DNA from: Candidatus Latescibacterota bacterium
GTDB taxonomy: Bacteria > Latescibacterota > UBA2968 > GCA-2709665
Assembly (NCBI GenBank): GCA_965248435.1
Contig: OZ252100.1
Coordinates: 448,001 to 512,000, forward strand
Length of the DNA: 64,000 bases
Reading direction: 5' to 3'
The notes under the pieces were generated by a model, which was not told the origin of the DNA, did not search any database, and saw only the letters and a program-made list of their open reading frames with translations. The position numbers were made by a program, and so were the translations under genes. Shown in pieces: positions 56,889 to 64,000 of the stretch (the stretch's first letter is position 1; the number at the start of each line of letters is the position of its first letter).

Positions 56889-57245
56889 ATGGCAGGATTG
56901 AAGCAGCAATTGGAGACGTGCCTGGGGAAGTTTCGAGCCGGCAGCTTGACCGAGGAGGATTTGCAGCAGGCCCTCGACCGCGCAAACGGCGGCGGCCCGC
57001 CTCAGCGCCTGCTTTATCTGCACGCATACAGCACGCTCATAACCTCTTCTATTGAGGCCATGTCTTACGTGGACGCGGAGGGTGTACACGACGGCCCGGA
57101 CGACCCCGAGGATTGGCCCTACAAGTCTGTCCACGAAGCGATTCTGGACGGCTGGCGGGTCATCAAGTTCCCCGAACTTTCACTGATGATGGCGGGCGAC
57201 GAGAATACCTATGGGATCGGCTGTGAGTTCGTCCTGGAGAAGTGA
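56889..57245 (+). CDS. Hypothetical 118-aa protein leading the PhyH triplet
   Basis: AAGGAGG RBS; QRLLYLHA...WPYKSVHEAILDGWRVIKFP...CEFVLEK. Confidence 0.75.
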   Translation: MAGLKQQLETCLGKFRAGSLTEEDLQQALDRANGGGPPQRLLYLHAYSTLITSSIEAMSYVDAEGVHDGPDDPEDWPYKSVHEAILDGWRVIKFPELSLMMAGDENTYGIGCEFVLEK

Positions 57246-57266
57246 ATCGCCTGAGGAGGTCAGATC

Positions 57267-58142
57267 GTGCACATTCCGGAAGTGATATACGACTGTGAAC
57301 CGACCCTGAACGATCTGGACGTCGCTCGGTTCTGCAAGACCGGTTTTCTGATCTACGAGGGGATCGTGTCGGATGAGATCAATCAACGCACCCAGGAATT
57401 CCTGGACGAGCATCCGAGCGGGGAACCGACCGAGATCCTGGTTGAAGACTGGTTCGTGGACGGCGTGCTCAAGAACCCGCAGGCCGCGGGCGCGGTTCGG
57501 TCACTCCTGGGGAAAGATTTCAAGCTGCCCACGTTCATGAGCAACCACCGCAAGCCCTGTCCCGAAAAGGTCGTCTGCGCCTGGCACAGGGACGGCGGCG
57601 GCATGGTCACGCACCAGGTCCACAACCTGCAGGTCTTCTACTACCCTCAGGACACGCCGAAAGAGATGGGTCCCACCCAACTCATTCCGGGCAGCCACTT
57701 CATCGCCGGATCACGACGTTTCATGAAACACATCGGCGGCGTCCAGAAGGCCGTTTCGACCGCCTCCGCCGCCGGGTCGATCTTCATCACGCACTATCCG
57801 GTTCTGCACCGGAAGACCACCGCGACCGGGACCGGCATCCGAAACATGCTCAAGTACAACTACCACAGGCGGTCCGCCCCGACGCGAGACTGGGTCATGG
57901 ATCCCGACATCGACCCCGCGGCTCTGGACTTCAGGCCCGAAGTTTTAGATGGAATTCGTGTCGGAGCCCTGCAGGAAATCCACTGGAGCGCGATCAATCC
58001 CGCACGCATGTATACATGGCTCTGCGGTCTTGGAGAAGATTTCGAGTTCAGGGGCGGACATTCCTGGCCGGTCTGCCTGGACGAATACCCCGGGACGCCA
58101 TACGAGGGCTTCCCGAGCGAACTCCTGTCGAACCCCGGGTGA
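57267..58142 (+). CDS. PhyH family Fe(II)/2OG dioxygenase (tandem copy 1)
   Basis: WHRDGG HxD motif, FYYPQDTP..MGPT.LIPGSH, YPVLHR distal His. Confidence 0.88.
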   Translation: MHIPEVIYDCEPTLNDLDVARFCKTGFLIYEGIVSDEINQRTQEFLDEHPSGEPTEILVEDWFVDGVLKNPQAAGAVRSLLGKDFKLPTFMSNHRKPCPEKVVCAWHRDGGGMVTHQVHNLQVFYYPQDTPKEMGPTQLIPGSHFIAGSRRFMKHIGGVQKAVSTASAAGSIFITHYPVLHRKTTATGTGIRNMLKYNYHRRSAPTRDWVMDPDIDPAALDFRPEVLDGIRVGALQEIHWSAINPARMYTWLCGLGEDFEFRGGHSWPVCLDEYPGTPYEGFPSELLSNPG

Positions 58143-58170
58143 GTCGATCCCAATTCAGACGTGATGCGTT

Positions 58171-59019
58171 ATGAGCGAACGAATCCACGACTGCGAACCT
58201 ACGCTGACCGATACTGACGTCATCGACTTTTGCCGGCACGGGTATCTGTTCTACGAGGCCGTCGTCCCGGATGAAATCAATCGAGGCACACTCGATTTTC
58301 TGGACGCTCGACCCGAGGGCGATCCGAGTGAGATCCTCGGGGAAGATTGGTTCATTGAGGGCGTCCTTTTGAATCCCCAGGCCGCGGGCGCCGTTCGATC
58401 CCTGCTGGGAAGGAACTTCAAGCTGCCGACCTGGATGTCCAATCACCGGAAGGTCTGTCCGGAAGAGATGAGGTGCGGATGGCACCGGGACGGAGGTGGG
58501 ATCTTTACGACAGAGGTCAACCAGCTGCAGGTGTTCTACTATCCGCAGGACACCCCAAAGGAGTTGGGACCGACAGAAATCATCCCCAGCAGCCACTTCA
58601 TCCAGGGGTCACGACGCTTTATGAAGCACGTCGGGAGGGTCCGAAAAGGGTTTTCGACCGCATCGCCGGCAGGCTCGATCTTCGTGACGCACTATCCGAT
58701 CCTGCACCGGAAGACGCCCGCCACTGCAACGGGTGTTCGTCACATGCTCAAGTACAACTACTGGCGAAAGACCTCGCCGGTCCGGGACTGGGTGACCGAT
58801 CCGAATCAGGACATCGGGGGTGTGGACTTCAGGCCCGAGACCTCTTTCCACGAGCTCCATTGGAGTGCGATTCCGCCGGCGCGGATGTATACCTGGCTCT
58901 GCGGCCTCTCAGACGCGTTCGACTTCAAAGGCGGGGCAGAGTGGCCGATCACGGTCGGCCAATTCCCGAATCATCCTCAGGAAGGCTTCCCGGTAGAACT
59001 CGAACGCCGATCTGACTGA
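58171..59019 (+). CDS. PhyH family Fe(II)/2OG dioxygenase (tandem copy 2)
   Basis: WHRDGG, FYYPQDTPKELGPT, YPILHRK. Confidence 0.88.
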   Translation: MSERIHDCEPTLTDTDVIDFCRHGYLFYEAVVPDEINRGTLDFLDARPEGDPSEILGEDWFIEGVLLNPQAAGAVRSLLGRNFKLPTWMSNHRKVCPEEMRCGWHRDGGGIFTTEVNQLQVFYYPQDTPKELGPTEIIPSSHFIQGSRRFMKHVGRVRKGFSTASPAGSIFVTHYPILHRKTPATATGVRHMLKYNYWRKTSPVRDWVTDPNQDIGGVDFRPETSFHELHWSAIPPARMYTWLCGLSDAFDFKGGAEWPITVGQFPNHPQEGFPVELERRSD

Positions 59020-59038
59020 GACGAAACAAGAGGGACCG

Positions 59039-59887
59039 ATGGAAGAACGCTTCCACGATTGCGAACCGACGCTGACGGACGAGCAGGTCATCGAATTCTG
59101 CAAGAACGGGTTTCTGATCTACAAAGCCGCCATCCCCAGGGAGATCAATGAGCGTATAATGGATTTCCTGGGGTCGCATACGCACGTACGCCTCGACGAG
59201 ATCCTGGACGACGAGTGGTTTGTAGACGGCCTCCTCAAGAATCCACAGGTCTGCGGCGCGGTCCGGTCACTGCTGGGTAAGAACTACAAGCTGCCGATGT
59301 GGATCTACGATCACCGCAAGGAGTGCCCCGACAAGCACGTCTGCGGCTGGCACCGCGACGGAGGCGGAATCGTCACTCCACGGGTCAACTATCTGGCGCT
59401 GTTCTACTATCCGCAGGACACCCCGAAGGCGTTGGGCCCAACCGGATTCCTGCCCGGCAGCCACTTTGTGAATGGATCGCGACGCTTCATGAAGCACGTC
59501 GGCAAAACCCGGTCTGAGATTTTGGCCGCCTCACCGGCTGGAACCGTCGTCATCACCCACTATCCCATCCTGCACAAGCGGACAACCGCAACAGCGACGG
59601 GTATCCGACACATGTTTCATTACCACTACTGGAGGACGACCCCTCCGAATCGGGACTGGATCATCGATCCAGGCTTTGACGTGGAGTCGACCGAGTTCAA
59701 ACCGGATGCCTCAGTCCACGAAAAATGGTGGAGCGCCATCCAGCCCGCGCGTATGTACAGCTGGCTGTGCGGCCTCGGTGACGACATTGACTTCAAGGGA
59801 GGTCAGAACTGGCCTGTCCACAAGAGGCTCTACTACGATGAACCGATCGAGGGCATTCCACAGGCATTGAGAACGGTCTTAAAATAA
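59039..59887 (+). CDS. PhyH family Fe(II)/2OG dioxygenase (tandem copy 3)
   Basis: WHRDGG, FYYPQDTPKALGPT, YPILHKR. Confidence 0.88.
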   Translation: MEERFHDCEPTLTDEQVIEFCKNGFLIYKAAIPREINERIMDFLGSHTHVRLDEILDDEWFVDGLLKNPQVCGAVRSLLGKNYKLPMWIYDHRKECPDKHVCGWHRDGGGIVTPRVNYLALFYYPQDTPKALGPTGFLPGSHFVNGSRRFMKHVGKTRSEILAASPAGTVVITHYPILHKRTTATATGIRHMFHYHYWRTTPPNRDWIIDPGFDVESTEFKPDASVHEKWWSAIQPARMYSWLCGLGDDIDFKGGQNWPVHKRLYYDEPIEGIPQALRTVLK

Positions 59888-59909
59888 AGCTGATTGATTC
59901 GCCCAAACA

Positions 59910-59940
59910 AAAGGCCCCGGAGGTTTCCTCCGGGGCCTTT
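59910..59940. terminator. Bidirectional Rho-independent terminator
   Basis: Perfect 14-bp stem aaaggccccggagg-ttt-cctccggggccttt between convergent genes. Confidence 0.85.
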
Positions 59941-59967
59941 GCATTTCCACTTCGGATCGCCAGGCTG

Positions 59968-61125
59968 TTACGAAGCCTCCAGCCGCTCGATGACTGTGGC
60001 CGTGGCCATCCCGAACCCGATGCACATCGTTTGCAGCCCGTATCGACCTCCCGTCCGTTCCAGAATGTGAAGTAACTTCGTCATCAGCACCGCACCCGTC
60101 GCGCCGATGGGGTGACCGTGGGCGATGGCGCCACCCTGGATGTTGACGCGGTCCATCGGGGGCCCGATCTCCCTCACCCAGGCCAGCACGACGCTCGCGA
60201 ACGCCTCGTTGATTTCGATCGCGTCCATATCCTCGATACTCAGGCCGGTCTTCTTCAAGATTGACTGCGTGGCCGGAATCGGACCCGTCAGTGCAAACTC
60301 GGGATCGCTCCCTATCGCAACACGCCCGACGATTCTGGCCCGTTTGCGCAGGCCGAATTCATCCGCCTTCGATTCGGAAGCCAGAAGGAGCGCGGCGGCG
60401 CCGTCCGAAACCTGGCTACTGTTCGCCGCCGTGATAACCCCGTTCTCCTGGAAGGCGGGAGACAGAGACGCCATTTTCGCCGGATCGATAGAATATCGGA
60501 TCCCTTCGTCCCGATCCACCACTGCTTCTTCCCCGTTTTGAGCGACCGTCACCGGCAGGACTTCCTGACGATACCACCCTGCATCCGTGGCTGCTGCCGC
60601 CTTTTGGTGGCTCTCGGCTGAGAATTCGTCCAATTCCGTTCTCGTGAGGTCCCACTTCTTCGCGATCATCTCAGCGGAAATGCCCTGATGAACGAACTCG
60701 AACGGAAACGTCGCCGAGTATTCCTCGTCGAGGCTGAAGTCGCTGCCCATCGCCACCCGGCCCATCATCTCGACCCCGCAGCTGATAGCCACGTCGATGT
60801 CCCCCGCTGCGATGGCCTGAGCAGAATTATGCACCGCCTGCTGACTCGATCCGCAGGCCCGGTTCAGCTGCAGTCCGGGCACCTCTACGGGAAAGCCTGC
60901 CTTCAACAGCGCCAGGCGTCCGATGTTACCTCCCTGCTCGCCGACAGGGGTCACACAGCCGGCGATCACATCCTGGACCTCGGCCTTCGGCAGGCCCGCG
61001 CGTGCCACAACCTCGCTCAGGACCATCCCAAGCAGGTCGACAGGTCGAACGGAGTGCAGGGCGCCATCCTCCCGTCCACGCCCTATGGGCGTTCGGACGG
61101 CCTCAACGATATAGGCCTCTCCCAA
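59968..61125 (-). CDS. Thiolase (acetyl-CoA C-acyltransferase)
   Basis: AVRTPIG, LNRACGSSQQA, DGAAALL, EINEAFA, GGAIAHGHPIGATG, TMCIGFGM. Confidence 0.94.
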   Translation of the reverse strand: MGEAYIVEAVRTPIGRGREDGALHSVRPVDLLGMVLSEVVARAGLPKAEVQDVIAGCVTPVGEQGGNIGRLALLKAGFPVEVPGLQLNRACGSSQQAVHNSAQAIAAGDIDVAISCGVEMMGRVAMGSDFSLDEEYSATFPFEFVHQGISAEMIAKKWDLTRTELDEFSAESHQKAAAATDAGWYRQEVLPVTVAQNGEEAVVDRDEGIRYSIDPAKMASLSPAFQENGVITAANSSQVSDGAAALLLASESKADEFGLRKRARIVGRVAIGSDPEFALTGPIPATQSILKKTGLSIEDMDAIEINEAFASVVLAWVREIGPPMDRVNIQGGAIAHGHPIGATGAVLMTKLLHILERTGGRYGLQTMCIGFGMATATVIERLEAS

Positions 61126-61159
61126 TATTGAAACTCCTTCCGTGCTTGAAGCGAAGCGC

Positions 61160-61642
61160 CTAAAAACCGGCGGAAACGTGTGACCCGCCCACGCCAGCTG
61201 CCTTGAGGCTCAGGGTGAGCGATAGTCCATAGACTAGATGGACGACCAGACTGCCGAGCAGCATCAGACCGGGCGCCGGGGTGTTGCTGAAGAAGATCCC
61301 AATGCCCGCTGCCAGCGGGACAACGATCACGACCGCAGCGAGGGTGGTGACGACCCCGTAGATCACGCCCTGGACAAACCAGTTCCCGGGAACTCGGCTC
61401 ATCAGGAAGACCACCCAGATCAGCGCCATGATGACCCCGTTAGCGAAGTGCACAAGATTGCCTGCAGCCAGCGAGTATGGAAGGTTCGGGTGGGCTGCCG
61501 TCATGTTTTTCGCGAGCATCGCGCCGACATCTACCGGATTGAGGCCCAGTCCACTCTGCCAGAAACCGGTGACCGTCATCGTGAACGTCGCGATGAGCCC
61601 GGCCACGACAGTCTTCCAGAATCGATCCCCTGACATCGCCAT
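61160..61642 (-). CDS. 4-TM membrane protein of unknown function
   Basis: AGLIATFTMT, GNLVHFANG, LVVHLVYG; AAGGAG RBS. Confidence 0.75.
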   Translation of the reverse strand: MAMSGDRFWKTVVAGLIATFTMTVTGFWQSGLGLNPVDVGAMLAKNMTAAHPNLPYSLAAGNLVHFANGVIMALIWVVFLMSRVPGNWFVQGVIYGVVTTLAAVVIVVPLAAGIGIFFSNTPAPGLMLLGSLVVHLVYGLSLTLSLKAAGVGGSHVSAGF

Positions 61643-61853
61643 TCTCCTTTTAAATCAGGGTTGTCGAATCGACCAGATATTCAGACCCCCGATCCCCCCT
61701 GGCCAAATCGTTCGCGCAATATTGAACCCGTGAAAGGGTGTGTCAAGCCGTTTTAGACGGGATATAATCTCTGCTAATGTATTGGGCCTTCGATTGACCG
61801 GCGCCGAACCGACAGATCAATCTGGCCGGCTGAGCGAACATACTGGAAAATCA

Positions 61854-61882
61854 TTGACTTTCTGAACCCCCCGCACTATTTT
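61854..61882 (+). promoter_or_regulatory. Putative sigma70 promoter for the GGDEF gene
   Basis: TTGACT-17 nt-TATTTT. Confidence 0.45.
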
Positions 61883-61941
61883 TTCAATAATCCATGAGCA
61901 GCATGGGTTGCATTTCAGGGTCTTTTGGCCTCGGGGGCGAA

Positions 61942-62739
61942 ATGAATCTTCTGGCTGCAATCGATCAGATTCTCCAGAGAGCGGACTCGGAATCTCCAGA
62001 CACGGAGGAAGATGACGAGCTGCTGGGTCTACCAGCTGGTCTCACCGGAATCAACCTAAAGGGGAAGAAAGAGGAGAACGACAAGTATCGAGAAAACCTC
62101 GAGAAAACGCTCGGGCGAGAAATCCATCCAGCCGTATCCCTGCTCGATCAGGTCTCTGCAAGCGATAGTGACACTGGACAAACGATCGAGGACTTCTGTT
62201 TACTCAAGAAAACCGCACTCCGTGACCTGCTGAATGCCGCGCTTTACGACAACCTGACGGGTCTTTATGCAAGAAACATCTTCGAATCGCGTCTCTGGGA
62301 GGAATTTCGGCGCGCGAAGCGGTATGATCAGTATCTATCGGTGCTGTTCATCGACATAGACAGTTTTAAGACCATCAACGATACCTATGGGCACTCAGAA
62401 GGAGACCGTGTCCTCGCCCATATCGGACGGTTCATTCGTGACCATCTCAGGGAAGTGGATTTTCCGGTACGCTACGGAGGCGAGGAATTCGTCATCATCC
62501 TTCCCCACACAGCCGGCGAAACGGCGCTCTCCCTGGCCCAGAGAATCCACGGCAATATCGGAAAGGCCCAAAAGGAAGTCGGGTTTCAGACCCGCGTCAC
62601 GGTCAGCATCGGTGTGGGCACGCTCATTAAAGATATGCAAAGCGAAAACCAGCTGATCGACGCGGCAGACCAGGCCGTTTACAAGGCGAAGCGCGCAGGG
62701 AAGAACATGGTCTGGCCCAAGGTGAATGCTGAAGATTAG
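61942..62739 (+). CDS. Diguanylate cyclase (GGDEF domain)
   Basis: DNLTGLY, DIDSFKTINDTYGHSEGD, RxxD I-site (REVD), RYGGEEF, VTVSIG, AKRAGKN; start may be 61894. Confidence 0.92.
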   Translation: MNLLAAIDQILQRADSESPDTEEDDELLGLPAGLTGINLKGKKEENDKYRENLEKTLGREIHPAVSLLDQVSASDSDTGQTIEDFCLLKKTALRDLLNAALYDNLTGLYARNIFESRLWEEFRRAKRYDQYLSVLFIDIDSFKTINDTYGHSEGDRVLAHIGRFIRDHLREVDFPVRYGGEEFVIILPHTAGETALSLAQRIHGNIGKAQKEVGFQTRVTVSIGVGTLIKDMQSENQLIDAADQAVYKAKRAGKNMVWPKVNAED

Positions 62740-62761
62740 CGCTCTTCGACATCCGAATTGG

Positions 62762-62837
62762 GCGGGAATAGCTCAGTTGGTAGAGCACAACCTTGCCAAG
62801 GTTGGGGTCGCGGGTTCGAGTCCCGTTTCCCGCTCCA
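62762..62837 (+). tRNA. tRNA-Gly(GCC)
   Basis: GCGGGAATAGCTCAGTTGGTAGAGCACAACCTTGCCAAGGTTGGGGTCGCGGGTTCGAGTCCCGTTTCCCGCTCCA; 76 nt with encoded CCA. Confidence 0.98.
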
Positions 62838-62855
62838 GATCTCGAAACACGATCC

Positions 62856-62892
62856 GGCCCGTTAGACCGTCACGGTTTGACGGGTTTTTTGT
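62856..62892 (+). terminator. Rho-independent terminator after tRNA-Gly
   Basis: gcccgttagaccg-tca-cggtttgacgggt hairpin (with G-U pairs) followed by a T run. Confidence 0.75.
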
Positions 62893-63120
62893 CTTTGCGG
62901 GGAACGGTCTGTCGGTCTGCCAACCCACGTGACTCATATGAAGAACAACCTATGATCGACGGGCCAAGATATTGGTGAGCCGTCTTCAAGCATCGGTAAA
63001 CGACGCCGTCGACCGGTGTCCATTCCCGCTTGCGTAAATCACTCCGTAGACGGTCGAGCTGCGAAGCGTTCCATACGGCCAACCGCCATTTGATGGAAGT
63101 CATACCTAATGTTATCCTCG

Positions 63121-63194
63121 ACGGCGGACCACGGGCCGCTTGAAACCAAAAAGATCGCGGTACCCATTTCGCCGCCCGCCGTCTGTGGTCTGCC
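63121..63194. repeat. Inverted heptamer arrays, RCGGACC / GYSGTCN family (copy 4)
   Basis: acg gcggacc acgggcc gc ... gccgccc gccgtct gtggtct gcc. Confidence 0.7.
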
Positions 63195-63208
63195 CTGAAG
63201 GAGCGCCA

Positions 63209-64000
63209 GTGTCACGCACTTCAATGATCTGCCCGAACTGCCGCAACCTCATCAGCACGGAGGAGGATCGGTGCCCTTTCTGCGGAACCTATCGGCCCGG
63301 TCTCTGGGGGCTCGGGCCCGCGCTGACCCGACTCTTCGGAAGCCGAATCGATGTGCTCACCCTGATACCCACGGCCTGCATCGCCCTCTACGTCTTGAGC
63401 CTGCTGCTGGATCTAAGCGCCGCACTCGACACACGTAGCGGCCTCTTCGGGATTCTGAGCCCCGGGGGCCGCGCCCTTATCACCCTTGGCATGACGGGCG
63501 GCGGTGTTACGTTTCAAGGACAATGGTGGACCGTTTTTACCGCGACCTACCTCCACGGCGGCCTCTTGCACATCCTCTTCAATGTCTTGTGGATCCGCCA
63601 GCTCGGTCCGGAAGTAGGGCAAATCTACGGGCCTGCGCGATACTTCATCATCTTTACCGCCGGGGGTGTCGTGGGATTCGTCCTCTCGAACCTGATCACA
63701 GCTCATCCGACGATTGGTGCGTCAGGCGCGATATTCGGTCTCCTCGCCGCCCTCATCGTTTACGGCCGAACGCAGAAGGGCAGCGTCTCGGCCATGATGA
63801 CGCGCCAGGTCTGGCAGTGGGTCATCCTCCTTTTCATCTTCGGATTCATGATGCAGGGAGTCAACAACGTGGCTCACCTTGGGGGATTCATCGGGGGTTG
63901 GGTCGCCTCACGGCTTCTCGTTTCCGGTGTCAGTGAAGGCGAAGGACGCCTGACGATCCTGTTTGCCCTCGCGCTTCTCATCGTAACGGCGGCTGGTATT
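63209..64000 (+). CDS. Rhomboid intramembrane serine protease with N-terminal zinc ribbon (partial, runs off window end)
   Basis: Manual translation: (V)SRTSMICPNCRNLISTEEDRCPFCG...YLHGGLLHILFN...TIGASGAIFG...AHLGG; AAGGAG RBS before GTG 63209. Confidence 0.9.
   Translation, partial: MSRTSMICPNCRNLISTEEDRCPFCGTYRPGLWGLGPALTRLFGSRIDVLTLIPTACIALYVLSLLLDLSAALDTRSGLFGILSPGGRALITLGMTGGGVTFQGQWWTVFTATYLHGGLLHILFNVLWIRQLGPEVGQIYGPARYFIIFTAGGVVGFVLSNLITAHPTIGASGAIFGLLAALIVYGRTQKGSVSAMMTRQVWQWVILLFIFGFMMQGVNNVAHLGGFIGGWVASRLLVSGVSEGEGRLTILFALALLIVTAAGI

Noticed and set aside
62870-63103. 77-aa minus-strand ORF after the tRNA
   Set aside because: No recognisable motif, weak RBS spacing, and it runs into the tRNA terminator; cannot be supported.
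62762-63200. Integrative element at tRNA-Gly
   Set aside because: No integrase and no duplicated tRNA 3' end seen in the window; a terminator and a rhomboid gene follow.

Overview
64 kb of GC-rich bacterial chromosome. A secreted cohesin protein with a FlgD-Ig-type C-terminal domain (NVPNPFNPTTTISYQL) and five PhyH dioxygenases suggest an FCB-group lineage such as Latescibacterota; this is inference. Housekeeping blocks: purN-purC-purH(IMP cyclohydrolase half only)-mreB-mreC, ccsA-sirC-hemA-hemC-cobA/hemD, anmK, c-di-GMP enzymes and tRNA-Gly(GCC). A complete N-methylglutamate methylamine pathway (mgsABC, mgdABCD/soxBDAG-like, gmaS) is directly followed by a single-barrel methionine synthase and an M20 deacylase. 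A catabolic region holds acyl-CoA ligases, a GH113-like lipoprotein, oxidoreductases, a 959-aa beta-propeller protein and two divergent PhyH arrays. Four genes missing from the ORF track were found by hand: an HTH-pentapeptide protein, a 54-aa membrane protein, a zinc-ribbon protein with a GTT start and a rhomboid protease. Intergenic DNA repeatedly carries inverted arrays of degenerate 7-mers or 8-mers that could form hairpins, plus one GTAG REP and a 52-bp tandem repeat. Four frameshifts in otherwise intact genes may be consensus errors. No CRISPR array, rRNA, integrase or transposase was seen. All product calls come from motif recognition, not database searches.
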